From positions 38,688,001 to 38,752,000 of the forward strand of contig NC_042997.1 in the NCBI RefSeq assembly GCF_006345805.1: DNA of 64,000 bases, in the 5' to 3' direction. Origin of the DNA: Octopus sinensis. Its lineage: Eukaryota. Shown here in pieces: positions 39,031-50,819 of the stretch. The position numbers were made by a program, and so were the translations under genes. The notes below the pieces were generated by a model. That model searched no databases and was not told where the DNA came from. It saw nothing but the letters and a program-made list of their open reading frames with translations. The number at the start of each line of letters is the position of its first letter. Within the stretch, counting starts at the first letter, position 1.

Positions 39031-40830
39031 GTAACTAGTACTGTTTTTCTGGAAAATTTCTCTCAAATTTGACCCAATCATAATTGAGGTTACTAATAAA
39101 ATATCTGGATAATTTTGGGTATTTAACAATCGATATTCTTTTCTCTCATGGATTTCAAGTCAATTGTCCCACACTAATGTCTAATTTCATAATTTTCAAT
39201 TTTCAAAACAAAAAAGAAATGTCTAAACTGGGGCAAAATGGGTAATGACTAATTTCAATAATTTCTTCACTTTAACTGAATACACATATTTAAGTATATC
39301 AGGAAGAGAGCCACTCTAGCATATTGTGAAGAATTTATATTTATCATCAACTGAGTTTTTAGATTTAGTGGAGTTTCGTTAATTTCATATCATGTGCCAA
39401 TTTTTCTATGACCCTCTTTCATTTGACCAAGACATATTTAACTTATGTGGCACTTCTTATCTTTCTAATATTTATCGATATATATTGATGCATATAAGTC
39501 CTTTATCATTTGTAATTTCGGAGAATTGAAGAAGCAAATTTACCTTATCTTGTCTTAAATATTTTTGTCACATCTTAATTTGAGAATGGAGACAATTTTC
39601 TGAAATATGTAACAGTGTTTTAATGTCTTCAAAGGTCATTTGCTTAGCTGATATAGTTTTTATAAGGCAGTCAACATTTTTAAAATAGTACTTTTTCTCT
39701 CAGAGTCATAAATGCAGTATATATTACTCATAGTGCCCCACCATACCCACCCCCTTACCTTTCTTTTTTTCTTATTCTTTTAAATGTCATATTCTTTTAT
39801 GTCTGCAAGCTAGTGAGAGCTGATAGTACAGCTTCAACAATCCACAATTATAAGTGGCCTGTCATCTATATGATGCGTGTTTGTGCTCTTAACTATCAAT
39901 ACTGGTGTGTGTACTAATGAGTTTGAATAATGCTGTTGATAAACTACTTATTGTGGTCACTGACCTGGCTTACAAAACAGCCTGTTTCTTTCTTATATTG
40001 ACCTTTACTCTCCGTTCTAATCTTCCCTCACACTGCCCTCACTCATTTCTTCTCCACCTAACCCTCTCGTAAATTCTCATCACTCCCCCCCTCTCTCTCA
40101 GTCTGTGTCTATCTCTCGCCACTTTTCTCCCTCCAACTTGGCTCACAGGCATCCACGCCTCCTAAATTTCAGCCATTTGCTGTGGTTTCTTAGTTTCCAA
40201 TTCGGATGAGCGATATTGTGTTAGTACATCCATTTATACCTTTGTAATAACCCATATTTTGAACAGGCAATACACCTTCAATCACACGCTCTCGTACATT
40301 CACAATCCACAGAAATGCGCATGTATATGTATTATAGAATAAACTTATTAATTCAGTTAGATGGTCATCTATGGTTTATCCTATATTACGTTAAATTACC
40401 AGAAACGAACACTGATGTTGGGTCAGCAATTTATTTATCCAACTAGCAGAAATGCGATTCATAAACTATTAACAAGAATTAATAATCTAGTATAGGGTAT
40501 TTATGCAAATCGGATAATCCACGAGCGAGAGATATTCATGCAAATCAATTTCTCTGAATGAATAAAACCTTTTATAATAGTTGCTATATATAAAGTTTAG
40601 CCATAGAATAGAAGTTGGTTGCTAATAAAATCCCAATAAAACTAATCCACTTGATACCCCTTTCTTCTGTCCACGGAAAACAAACATGTCTACAGCTGAT
40701 TGTACAGTCAATTAAGAGTAATTCACATGCATTATTGGCTAATACCTATAGTTTATTTTGCTCTACATTATAATTCATGTACGTGCACATACACACGTAT
40801 GTGTGTATACGCACACACATATATATATAC

Positions 40831-40878
<48 letters not shown>

Positions 40879-40909
40879 TATATATATATTATATATATAT
40901 ATATATATC

Positions 40910-40943
<34 letters not shown>

Positions 40944-40944
<1 letters not shown>

Positions 40945-41760
40945 ATAGTGAGGTAGGTCGGTTTATGGGGTTATCCTGAGTTTCTCGCACATAAGGGGTT
41001 TAGCCTTACGGCCTGAGACCGCTTTAAAATATGGAGGGGGAAAAAGTCTCGTTTTTAAGAGTAAAACCATGGGTGATTATCTCCCTTTTGCCATTGTCCA
41101 TCAACCTTCAGCTGCGCTGCCATCTTGCGGTCAGCAAAGCACCACGAAGGTAAACGATTGTCTCAAACAGGTCTCAGGCCGGAAGTGTTCGGGATATGAA
41201 GATATGCCGTAAGGCTAAACCTCATATGAGCCAGAAACCCAGGGTAACCCCATAAACCGACCTACCACACTATAATAATAACTGCTCTACATCTTAGAGT
41301 GCGCTTTTCCTCCGGATTCATGCATTTCTACAAACGATATATATATATATATATATATATAATATAATATATATATATATAGGCAAAAAGAGATAGCAAA
41401 GCCAAGGGTGTGAGAAGTTTTCAGGACATTTATAGGGAAAGAGTGAGATATAGTCTTACAGCTGTTTCTGGAATATTATGCAGATTCCTTCATCAGAGAC
41501 GATGTGAGATGGCTAAAATATAGAGGGGGAAAAGTTTCGTTCTAAGGGTAAAACCTTAGGTGATTACCTCCCTTTGCCATTGCCCATCGATCTTCAACCG
41601 CGCTACCATCTTGCGGTCAGTAACGCACCATGAAGGTAAACGATTGTCTCAAAGAGGTTTCTGGCTAGCAGTGTTCGGGGTCTGAAGGTAAGCCGTAGGG
41701 TTAAACCCTTTATGAGCGAGAAACCCGGAGTAACCCCATAAACCGGCTTACCCCACTATA
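40944..41760. mobile_element. Composite TIR element, copy 1 (MITE + Penelope-like insert + second MITE half)
   Basis: Left TIR tatagtgaggtaggtcggtttatggggttatcc; right TIRs end at 41274 and 41760. Confidence 0.85.
41453..41500 (-). ncRNA. Minimal type I hammerhead ribozyme motif (Penelope-like)
   Basis: Minus strand GUCU CUGAUGA A GGAAU-cugcauaau-AUUCC A GAAA C-agcu-G UA AGAC: stem I, stem II, palindromic stem III, GUA triplet. Confidence 0.65.
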
Positions 41761-41765
41761 ATATA

Positions 41766-41821
<56 letters not shown>

Positions 41822-41856
41822 ATATATATATATATATATCTATATATATATATATC

Positions 41857-41890
<34 letters not shown>

Positions 41891-41891
<1 letters not shown>

Positions 41892-42281
41892 ATAGTGAGG
41901 TAGGTCGGTTTATGGGGTTATCCTGAGTTTCTCGCACATAAGGGGTTTAGCCTTACGGCCTGAGACCGCTTTAAAATATGGAGGGGGAAAAAGTCTCGTT
42001 TTTAAGAGTAAAACCATGGGTGATTATCTCCCTTTTGCCATTGTCCATCAACCTTCAGCTGCGCTGCCATCTTGCGGTCAGCAAAGCACCACGAAGGTAA
42101 ACGATTGTCTCAAACAGGTCTCAGGCCGGAAGTGTTCGGGATATGAAGATATGCCGTAAGGCTAAACCTCATATGAGCCAGAAACCCAGGGTAACCCCAT
42201 AAACCGACCTACCACACTATAATAATAACTGCTCTACATCTTAGAGTGCGCTTTTCCTCCGGATTCATGCATTTCTACAAA

Positions 42282-42326
<45 letters not shown>

Positions 42327-42709
42327 ATAGGCAAAAAGAGATAGCAAAGCCAAGGGTGTGAGAAGTTTTCAGGACATTTATAGGGAAAGAGTGAGATATA
42401 GTCTTACAGCTGTTTCTGGAATATTATGCAGATTCCTTCATCAGAGACGATGTGAGATGGCTAAAATATAGAGGGGGAAAAGTTTCGTTTCTAAGGGTAA
42501 AACCTTAGGTGATTACCTCCCTTTGCCATTGCCCATCGATCTTCAACCGCGCTACCATCTTGCGGTCAGTAACGCACCATGAAGGTAAACGATTGTCTCA
42601 AAGAGGTTTCTGGCTAGCAGTGTTCGGGGTCTGAAGGTAAGCCGTAGGGTTAAACCCTTTATGAGCGAGAAACCCGGAGTAACCCCATAAACCGGCTTAC
42701 CCCACTATA
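41891..42709. mobile_element. Composite TIR element, copy 2 (near-identical tandem duplicate)
   Basis: By eye it differs from 40944-41760 only in (TA)n length and a 1-nt indel. Confidence 0.85.
42401..42448 (-). ncRNA. Minimal type I hammerhead motif, duplicate copy
   Basis: Identical to 41453-41500. Confidence 0.65.
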
Positions 42710-42782
<73 letters not shown>

Positions 42783-42784
42783 TA

Positions 42785-42862
<78 letters not shown>

Positions 42863-42864
<2 letters not shown>

Positions 42865-44133
42865 AGGGTTGGACAAAATAATGGAAACACCTAGCATCAT
42901 AGCATCATAATTTTGAAATATCTTTAAAACCGTCAAAAGCTTGTTTATTTTTATGCTTTTGGATTTATTATTGGTGTTGCTTAATGTTTTGCTAAAATTG
43001 CTGTTTATTTTGAGATATCATCAGAAAAAGATAATTAAAATTCATTAAAATGATAGATTGATTGGACTTTCGAAGAGGTCAACTTGTTGGTGCTCTATGG
43101 CAGGCGCTAGCGTAACGAAAACAACCGAAACGTTTGGTGTATCAAGAAGTACGGTCTCGAAAGTAATGACAGCCTTTGAGAAAGAGGGAAAAACCTCCTC
43201 GTCGAAACAAAACTCCGGAAGAAAACCAAAACGTTCAGATAGGGACCGTCACACTTTTACGCGAATTGTTAGAAAGGATCACAAAAGTACAGCTCCCAAA
43301 ATTACTGAAGAGCTTAATGACCCCCCTCGAGAATCCAGTTTCAAGAGAAGCTGTTTGTCGAGAGCTGCACAAAGCCGGAATTCATGGGAGGGCTGCAATC
43401 AGAAAAACACTACCTTCAAAAACAAACGTTGCAAAGCGTTTAGAGTGGAGTAAAAACCTACAGAATAGGTCCCTAGAGCAGTGGAAGAATGTTATTTTGT
43501 CGGACGAGTCATCCCTTACCTTATTTCCGACCACTGGCCGAATATACGTGTGGAGATAGCCAAAAGAAGCATTTGACCCACTCTGCCCTCTTTTAACTGT
43601 TAAACATGGAGGAGGATCTGTGGTGATCTGAGGGGGCTATATCTTGGAATCCGCCGGTCCAATAGTTTCCCTTCATGGCAGAATTAATAGTCAAGACTAT
43701 TTAAGCATTTTATCCGATCAAATTCATCCTATGGTTATGGAACTGTTTCCGGCGGGAAACGCAATCTTTCAGGAAGATAATGCATCAATTCACACTGCTA
43801 AAGTTGTTACTGAATAACACGAGGAACATTCTAGTGAAGTTGAACATCTTATCTGGCCACCGCAGTCCCCAGATCTCAATATTATTGAACATTTATGGTG
43901 CATTTTAGAAAGACAAGTAAGGAGTCGATATCTTCCACCATCATCACTACAAGAACTGGAGACTTTTTTAGCTGAAGAACGGACAAAAATTCCTTTGGAA
44001 ATAATTCAAACTCAGTACGAGTCCATACATCGTAGAATTCAAGCTGTAATTGCTGCCGAGGGCGGTCCTACCCCATATTAAAATTAATTTGTTTGAAATT
44101 TTAAGGTGTTTCCATTATTTTGTCCAACCCCTG
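42863..44133 (+). mobile_element. Full-length Tc1-like DNA transposon (DD36E spacing)
   Basis: TA-flanked ~29-bp TIRs caagggttggacaaaataatggaaacacc / ggtgtttccattattttgtccaacccctg; about 1.27 kb. Confidence 0.95.
43050..44081 (+). pseudogene. Disrupted Tc1-family transposase
   Basis: HTH region GASVTKTTETFGVSRSTVSK, then VILSDES, TVKHGGGSV, FQEDNASIH and WPPQSPDLNIIEHLW. Several stops and frameshifts. Confidence 0.93.
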
Positions 44134-44148
44134 TATGTGTATATGTAT

Positions 44149-44400
44149 AACAATTGCAGCGTGGAAGGTGTTTATAAGCCATTTAAGAAACACACAAAAC
44201 CGTTAGATTCACTTCAACATTTAAATTTAATTTGTCAAAATATTTTCGTCGCTTTGAGACCGCGAAGTTTTGTCAGTGAGCAGGTCGCGGTCTCAAAGCG
44301 ACGAAAATATTTTGACAATTAAATTTAAATGTAAAAGTGAATCTAACGGTTTTGTGTGTTTCTTAAATGGCTTATAAACACCTTCCACGCTGCAATTGTT
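44149..44400. repeat. ~116-bp inverted repeat with 19-nt spacer (Penelope-like inverted terminal structure)
   Basis: 44149-44265 is the reverse complement of 44285-44400; followed by a short tail and (TA)n. Confidence 0.9.
44270..44318 (+). ncRNA. Minimal type I hammerhead-like motif with G3:C8 swapped core
   Basis: UUGUCA GUGAGCA G GUCGC-ggucucaaa-GCGAC GAAA AUAUU U UGACAA: 6-bp stem I, 5-bp stem II, palindromic stem III. Confidence 0.55.
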
Positions 44401-44463
44401 TTCGTTCCAACACACGATCTCAGATCAAGTAACTCACTATGCAAGTACATCTCTGTATATATA

Positions 44464-44530
<67 letters not shown>

Positions 44531-44805
44531 AACAATGGAACAAGCTTTGGCACGAGGCCAGCAATTTGGAGGGAGGGAGTAAGTCGATTACATCGACTCC
44601 ACGAATCAACTGCAACATATTTTATCGATCCTGAGAGGATGGAAGGCAAAGTCAACCTCGGCGGAATTTGAGTGAAGGACGTAAAGATGGCGGAATTTGA
44701 GTGAAGGACGTAAAGATGGATGCCAGCCCTCCGTATTGTTAATAATAATAATAATCCTTTCTGGTAAAGGTACAAGGCCTGAAATTTTGGAGGTAGGAGA
44801 TTAGC

Positions 44806-44867
<62 letters not shown>

Positions 44868-44986
44868 TGATGATGATGATGATGATGATAATGATGATGA
44901 TGATAATAATAATGATAATAATAATAATAACGATGATGATGATAATAATAATAATAATAATCATAATAATAATAGTGATAATAGTA

Positions 44987-45235
44987 ATGTGGAACCGCGT
45001 AGGTTAGTGGTTAGTGATACGCTCATAATCGTAACACTGTGGTTTCGACTCCTGTAGCGGGCGATGTGTTGTGTTCTTGAGTAAAACGTATCGTTTCACT
45101 TAGCCCCAGTCCACTCAGCTGCAAAAATGAGTAATGCTGTGGCGGACTGGCATCCTGTCCAAGGTGGCGGAAAGATATTTACGCCACAAAATCCGGGAAA
45201 CTGCCCCTGTGAGCATATGGCTCGATAAGGACCTT
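44987..45235 (+). mobile_element. SINE family D (diverged)
   Basis: tRNA-like head, tgtgttcttgag core, ggactggcatcctgtcca V-like motif. Confidence 0.75.
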
Positions 45236-45659
45236 AACTCCCTTTTTCATAATAATTGAATAAAACGTTTTTACATTCGTCACCCTGAGTTCAACGCTAC
45301 TGCATTTTGACAAGAATGAATTCTTTATTCAAATTACTGTTTTAAAAATATGGTCAAAAGCGAAGATTGTAAATAATGAGATTCAAAGGATGATTAATGC
45401 TTGACAAGTTATTCAAATAAAACATCTGCGGATGAAATGAATGATAGATTTAGATGTCGGTAATACAGACAGTAGTGGACAACATGATGTACATTGAAAA
45501 TAAAAAAAAGACAGAAAGTAAGAGGAAAGAAGGAGAGGCATAATGAAATATAGAAATATTAGGGGAAAAGAGGAAAAGGCGGTAAAATGAATTAGCTCTG
45601 TGGGAGGGTTCAAAAATGAACAAACGGGATTAAGATTGATATAATGTAGTCGGGAGAAA

Positions 45660-46070
45660 CTACTCTTTTACTCTTTTACTTGTTTCAGTCATTTGACTGC
45701 GGCCATGCTGGAGCACCGCCTTTAGTCGAGCAAATCGACCCCGGGACTTATTCTTTTGTAAGCCCAGTACTTATTCTATCGGTCTCTTTTTGCCGAACCG
45801 CTAAGTAACGGGGACGTAAACACACCAGCATCGGTTGTCAAGCAGTGCTAGGAGGACAAACACAGACACACAAACACACACATACATATATATATATATA
45901 CATATATACGACAGGCTTCTTTCAGTTTCTGTCTACCAAATCCACTCACAAGGCATTGGTCGGCACGGGGCTATAGCAGAAGACGCTTGCCCAAGATGCC
46001 ACGCAGTGGGACTGAACCCGGAACCATGTGGTTGGTTAGCAAGCTACTTACCACACAGCCACTCCTGCGC
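45660..46070 (-). mobile_element. SINE family C, full length
   Basis: From the (tactcttt)n tail to the ccactcctgcgcc head. Confidence 0.92.
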
Positions 46071-46287
46071 CTATATACAAATGTAGATTTCATTAGAGGT
46101 ATGTCCGGATACAAATAAGCCTGATTAGACACAAAGAGGTAGTGTTTAGAATTGCAGGTTTTTATTAGGTGGGTGGCGGATCGAAAGTAAATGAAAGGGT
46201 AAAATTGACTGCACGCAAGAGGGAAAAGCGCAGAGGAGTAGCAATAGAAAAAAAAGTAAAAAGAATGCAATGTAAAGAAGGGACTCC

Positions 46288-46669
46288 GAAGCACTCCGTC
46301 GGTTACGACGACGAGGGTTCCGGTTGATCCGATCAACGGAAAAGCCTGCTCGTGAAATTAACGTGTAAGTGGCTGAGCACTCCACAGACACGTGTACCCT
46401 TAACGTAATTCTCGGAGATATTCAGCGTGACACAGAGAGTGACAAGGCCGGCCCTTTGAAATACAGGTACAACAGAAACAGGAAGTAAGAGTGAGAGAAA
46501 GTTGTGGTGAAAGAGTACAGCAGGGATCACCACCATCCCCTGCCGGAGCCTCGTGGAGCCTTTAGGTGTTTTCGCTCAATAAACACTGACAACGCCCGGT
46601 CTGGGAATCGAAACCGCGATCCTATGACCGCGAGTCCGCTGCCCTAACCACTGGGCCATTGCGCCTCCA
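46288..46669 (-). mobile_element. SINE family B, full length
   Basis: Reverse complement of 34659-35050. Confidence 0.92.
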
Positions 46670-47018
46670 TGTAAATCATATACTGCAGGGGAAGTGTTAA
46701 TGGATGTTTAAATAAATTATATAAACAAATACGATGGAATACAATAAAATGCAATATACTACACTAAAATAATAAAAGTACAAATAAAATCCAATACGAC
46801 AAAATACAATATAATTAATCGAATACAATAAGACATTAATCAAATATAACAAAAACAGCTGGAGTAAAGAGTAAAGTAAGGTAATATACGATATACGATA
46901 TAGTAGATAGACTGGAGGGAAACATTTTACCAGTACTTTTTTTTTCTTTTTCTTGTTTTCATTTGTCATCTTTGAAATACTTTTGTTCAATATTTAGCAA
47001 CTAAATACTGATATACAA

Positions 47019-47450
47019 GGAGGCGCAATGGCCCAGTGGTTAGGGCAGCGGACTCGCGGTCATAGGATCGCGGTTTCGATTCCCAGACCGGGCGTTGTGA
47101 GTGTTTATTAAGCGAAAACACCTAAAGCTCCACGAGGCTACGGCAAGGGGTGGTGGTGATCCCTGCTGTACTCTTTCACCACAACTTTCTCTCACTCTTA
47201 CTTCCTGTTTCTGTTGTACCTGTATTTCAAAGAGCCGGCCTTGTCACTCTCTGTGTCACGCTGAATATCCCCGAGAACTACGTTAAGGGTACACGTGTCT
47301 GTGGAGTGCTCAGCCACTTACACGTTAATTTCACGAGCAGGCTGTTCCGTGGCACCTTGGGCAAGTGTCTTCTGCTATAGCCCCGGGCCGACCAATGCCT
47401 TGTGAGTGGATTTGGTAGACGGAAACTGAAAGAAGCCTGTCGTATATATG

Positions 47451-47483
<33 letters not shown>

Positions 47484-47705
47484 ATGTGTTTGTGTGTCTG
47501 TCTTTGTCCCCCCTAGCATTGCTTGACAACCGATGCTGGTGTGTTTACGTCCCCGTCAATTAACGGTTCGGCAAAAGAGACCGATAGAATAAGTACTGGG
47601 CTTACAAAAGAATAAGTCCCGGGGTCGATTTGCTCGACTAAAGGCGGTGCTCCAGCATGGCCGCAGTCAAATGACTGAAACGAGTAAAAGAGTAAAAGAG
47701 TAAGA
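47019..47705 (+). mobile_element. SINE B / SINE C chimera
   Basis: B sequence to ggctgttccgt, then directly ggcaccttgggcaagtg of a headless family C copy. Confidence 0.85.
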
Positions 47706-49108
47706 GTAGAAGTTTCTTTAAAAAATTCCTTGAATAAAATAGCAGTGTAATTATTATCCTGAGGGTGGAATGAAGTTTCTTAGGGTAAACTTGCTTTCGT
47801 GGCAGTATTATGAAAGTATCTTCTTTTTTTGAATTTAGTAGCTTGCTGAGCGACGTCAAAATACATAGATACTCACTCCTACATAAACAACACAATCCCC
47901 ATCATCTTCCGTATGATTTGTCACATTCTATTATTGCCTATAGTATTATTAAATATTGTCCTTTATTGCAATTTATTGTATTTGAGTTATCTAGTGTATG
48001 GCACTTTATTCTATTCAATTGTAAATATTGTATTTAATTCGGTCATTTAAACACCAATTAATAGTCTCCCTATTGTATTTAAATCAGTCATTTAAACGCC
48101 AATTAATAGTTGATATAGATGTGTTTCCAATTCTACTTCTTTCAGTCTTTCTTTTTATTATGCTGCTGCTTTCTTCATACGTATTTCTATTTCATTTCTA
48201 CTCACACCTGTTTCTCTTTTTTTTTCCTCCTTTGTAAGCAGTCATCATTACCTATTCACTTTCACTTTCTGGTTGAGAAGTGGTATATCTTTTCTCTAAA
48301 TGTCTATGCGTGTTGCATGTAAATTGCTCTTAAAGTCATGTTCTATAAAGACTAAACTCTTTTCACTTTTAGTTAGCAGAGACATTTTCCGTTAATACTG
48401 ACATAATTATTTTGTCAATTAATAGACGTTTATGGAAGTTTCGTTTGTTACATTTGTTACATTGGAAAAACAGCTTTCGATGTTGCTCGCACAGCTCAAA
48501 CTAAAATTCAAAGTCTTCTTGCGAAATATATTTATGACTCAAATAACCCATTAGGAAGCATTTCTGCATTAGTTTCAAGTCAGTTTTGGCTATGAAGAAT
48601 GTTGCATCCAATCTATACAGTGGATTAAACCAGATAATGTGGCTCTTGTGCAACTCTTTAATGTTTTCAAGACTTCGCTATGGAATCTGCTCTCTTTAAA
48701 TGAGTTTTTATGATAGAGATTTGCATAACTAAAGCATATTACGTCTGACTAATTGCTAGTGATACGGTAGATACTAGTATTGACTAAAGCATTTATTATT
48801 ATGGGGTTTGATTGAAGAACTTGCTAATAAGAAATGCTTTTTATCTGGTTTCCTGGAAGTGTTTCCTGAAGCAATGGATTTTTGAATAGGCAAATACAAT
48901 GTTTTTGATTCGATCTGCAAAATATGATTATGATAAATTAGAATAACTTCTTTTGAATAAGTGGTAAAATTTTACATTTCTGTTGTTATTGCATTTTCTT
49001 TTTTTTTTTTTTTGTTACATGTCATTAATGCTCTGTAAATCCAGTGTGTGACATATAATCCTGAAATATTATTGCAGTCCTGGAATTATTAGATTTAATC
49101 AAGAATAA

Positions 49109-49219
49109 GAGAAAGAGGGAAAAATCTCTTCATCGAAACAAAACTCCGGAAGAAAACCAAAACTTTCATATGGGGACCGCCAGACTCTTACGCGAATTGT
49201 TAGAAAGGATCACAAAAGT
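49109..49219 (+). mobile_element. Fragment of the same Tc1 family as 42863-44133
   Basis: gagaaagagggaaaaatctcttcatcgaaacaaaactccggaagaaaacc matches ~43180-43290. Confidence 0.85.
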
Positions 49220-49321
49220 TTCCAATCTGTGACGTTTTGAACATTCTAATTCTCACTATAAATCTTTATTCTACAAATGCAGTGGTAGATGTACGCATTA
49301 ACCACTATTATATGCACATGT

Positions 49322-49461
<140 letters not shown>

Positions 49462-50064
49462 GTGAGAGTGTGTGTATATGTATACACATATATTTGTGGC
49501 CCACTTTTTTTTAATACTTCGCTAGGACTAATTGCGATATACTCTGTGGGGTACTCTGTAGAGTACTCTGTAGAATACGCAGTCCTTAGAAACTAATCCT
49601 ATGCTTAAGCAATATGAAACGTATTATATCATAAGATAGCTTTATTAGTTCAGGTGGGCGGTCTTATGTTCTATACCTGTGACTACCAGTCACAGAGGGT
49701 TTCTTATTAATACTCTGCCCCGTTGATCAATAAATTTTACAATACCGATCTGAGTTAAAGTCCTTGAAACAGAACTTTCTGTAACAGCACACTTTCTATG
49801 AAGTAAGTTGATGTAGGAAAGTTTAACCGTTTTGTATATTCCTTCACTCTCGCTACTTTTGAAGCAAACATAACTAATTACCTATTTTATGAATATTTGT
49901 TGGGGACTTTTGGTGAAAATACCTCTCTAAAACTGAATATAGTGTAAAACCGAATATAGAGTACGATTATGCCTTATATATGGGGTGTCTATGAGTGTTC
50001 GTGCTTTTTTTCTAACATTTAAGATAAAGTACAAGGCACGTACTAAGTGTAGAAGGGGTCGTTC

Positions 50065-50819
50065 AGTTGATTGCCAACTCTCCAAATGAACTGTGCTTGT
50101 GTTCCTATTTTGTTTTTCAGGCAATGGATAAAATGCTTTGCAGCATTCAGGGTTTAAGCCCCAACTTGACTTTGTCTTTCATTTTGATGAGTTCGATTCA
50201 AAAAATAACGTTGTTTAATTTACATTGTGGAAACTTTAAGTTTACAAAAATAGTGAAGCAATGGGGTTTTGAATAGGCAAATACAATGTTTTTGACTCGA
50301 TATGCAAAATATGATTATGATAAATTAGAATAACTACTTTTGAATAAGTCGTGAAATTTTACATTTCTGTTGTTATTGCATTTTCTTCTCTTATTTTTGT
50401 TGTTGTTACATGTCATTAATGTTGTGTAAATCCAGTGTGTGACATATAATCCTGAAATATTATTGCAGTCCTGGAATTATTAGATAAAGCTTCTGACATT
50501 GTATGCTTTTCAAAATTTCATAATATATTAATGCAGGGAGAGAAATCACCTACTCTCCTTACACAAGTCACAGTGCATTATAACTTTCTTCCTATTACAA
50601 AACCGTGTGATTATAAAATGGCGGTAACATGTCAAAGACCAACATGGAAGCACACCTGGCCGACTTGATATCCGTATTTTACCCAAGCCCCCGAAGGACC
50701 CATCACTCAGGCAAATGCAGGAGTACGTCCTCATAAATGAAACATCCTCCATACTAAATAGAAAACACATGTAGAAGGTAGTGATACACCAATAACCACA
50801 GAATATATATACACAGGTA
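50065..50819 (+). repeat. ~750-bp direct duplication, copy 1 (copy 2 at 53126-53869; partial third copy at 48867-49094)
   Basis: Near-identical sequence; copy 2 lacks the 11 nt tggggttttga. Confidence 0.92.
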
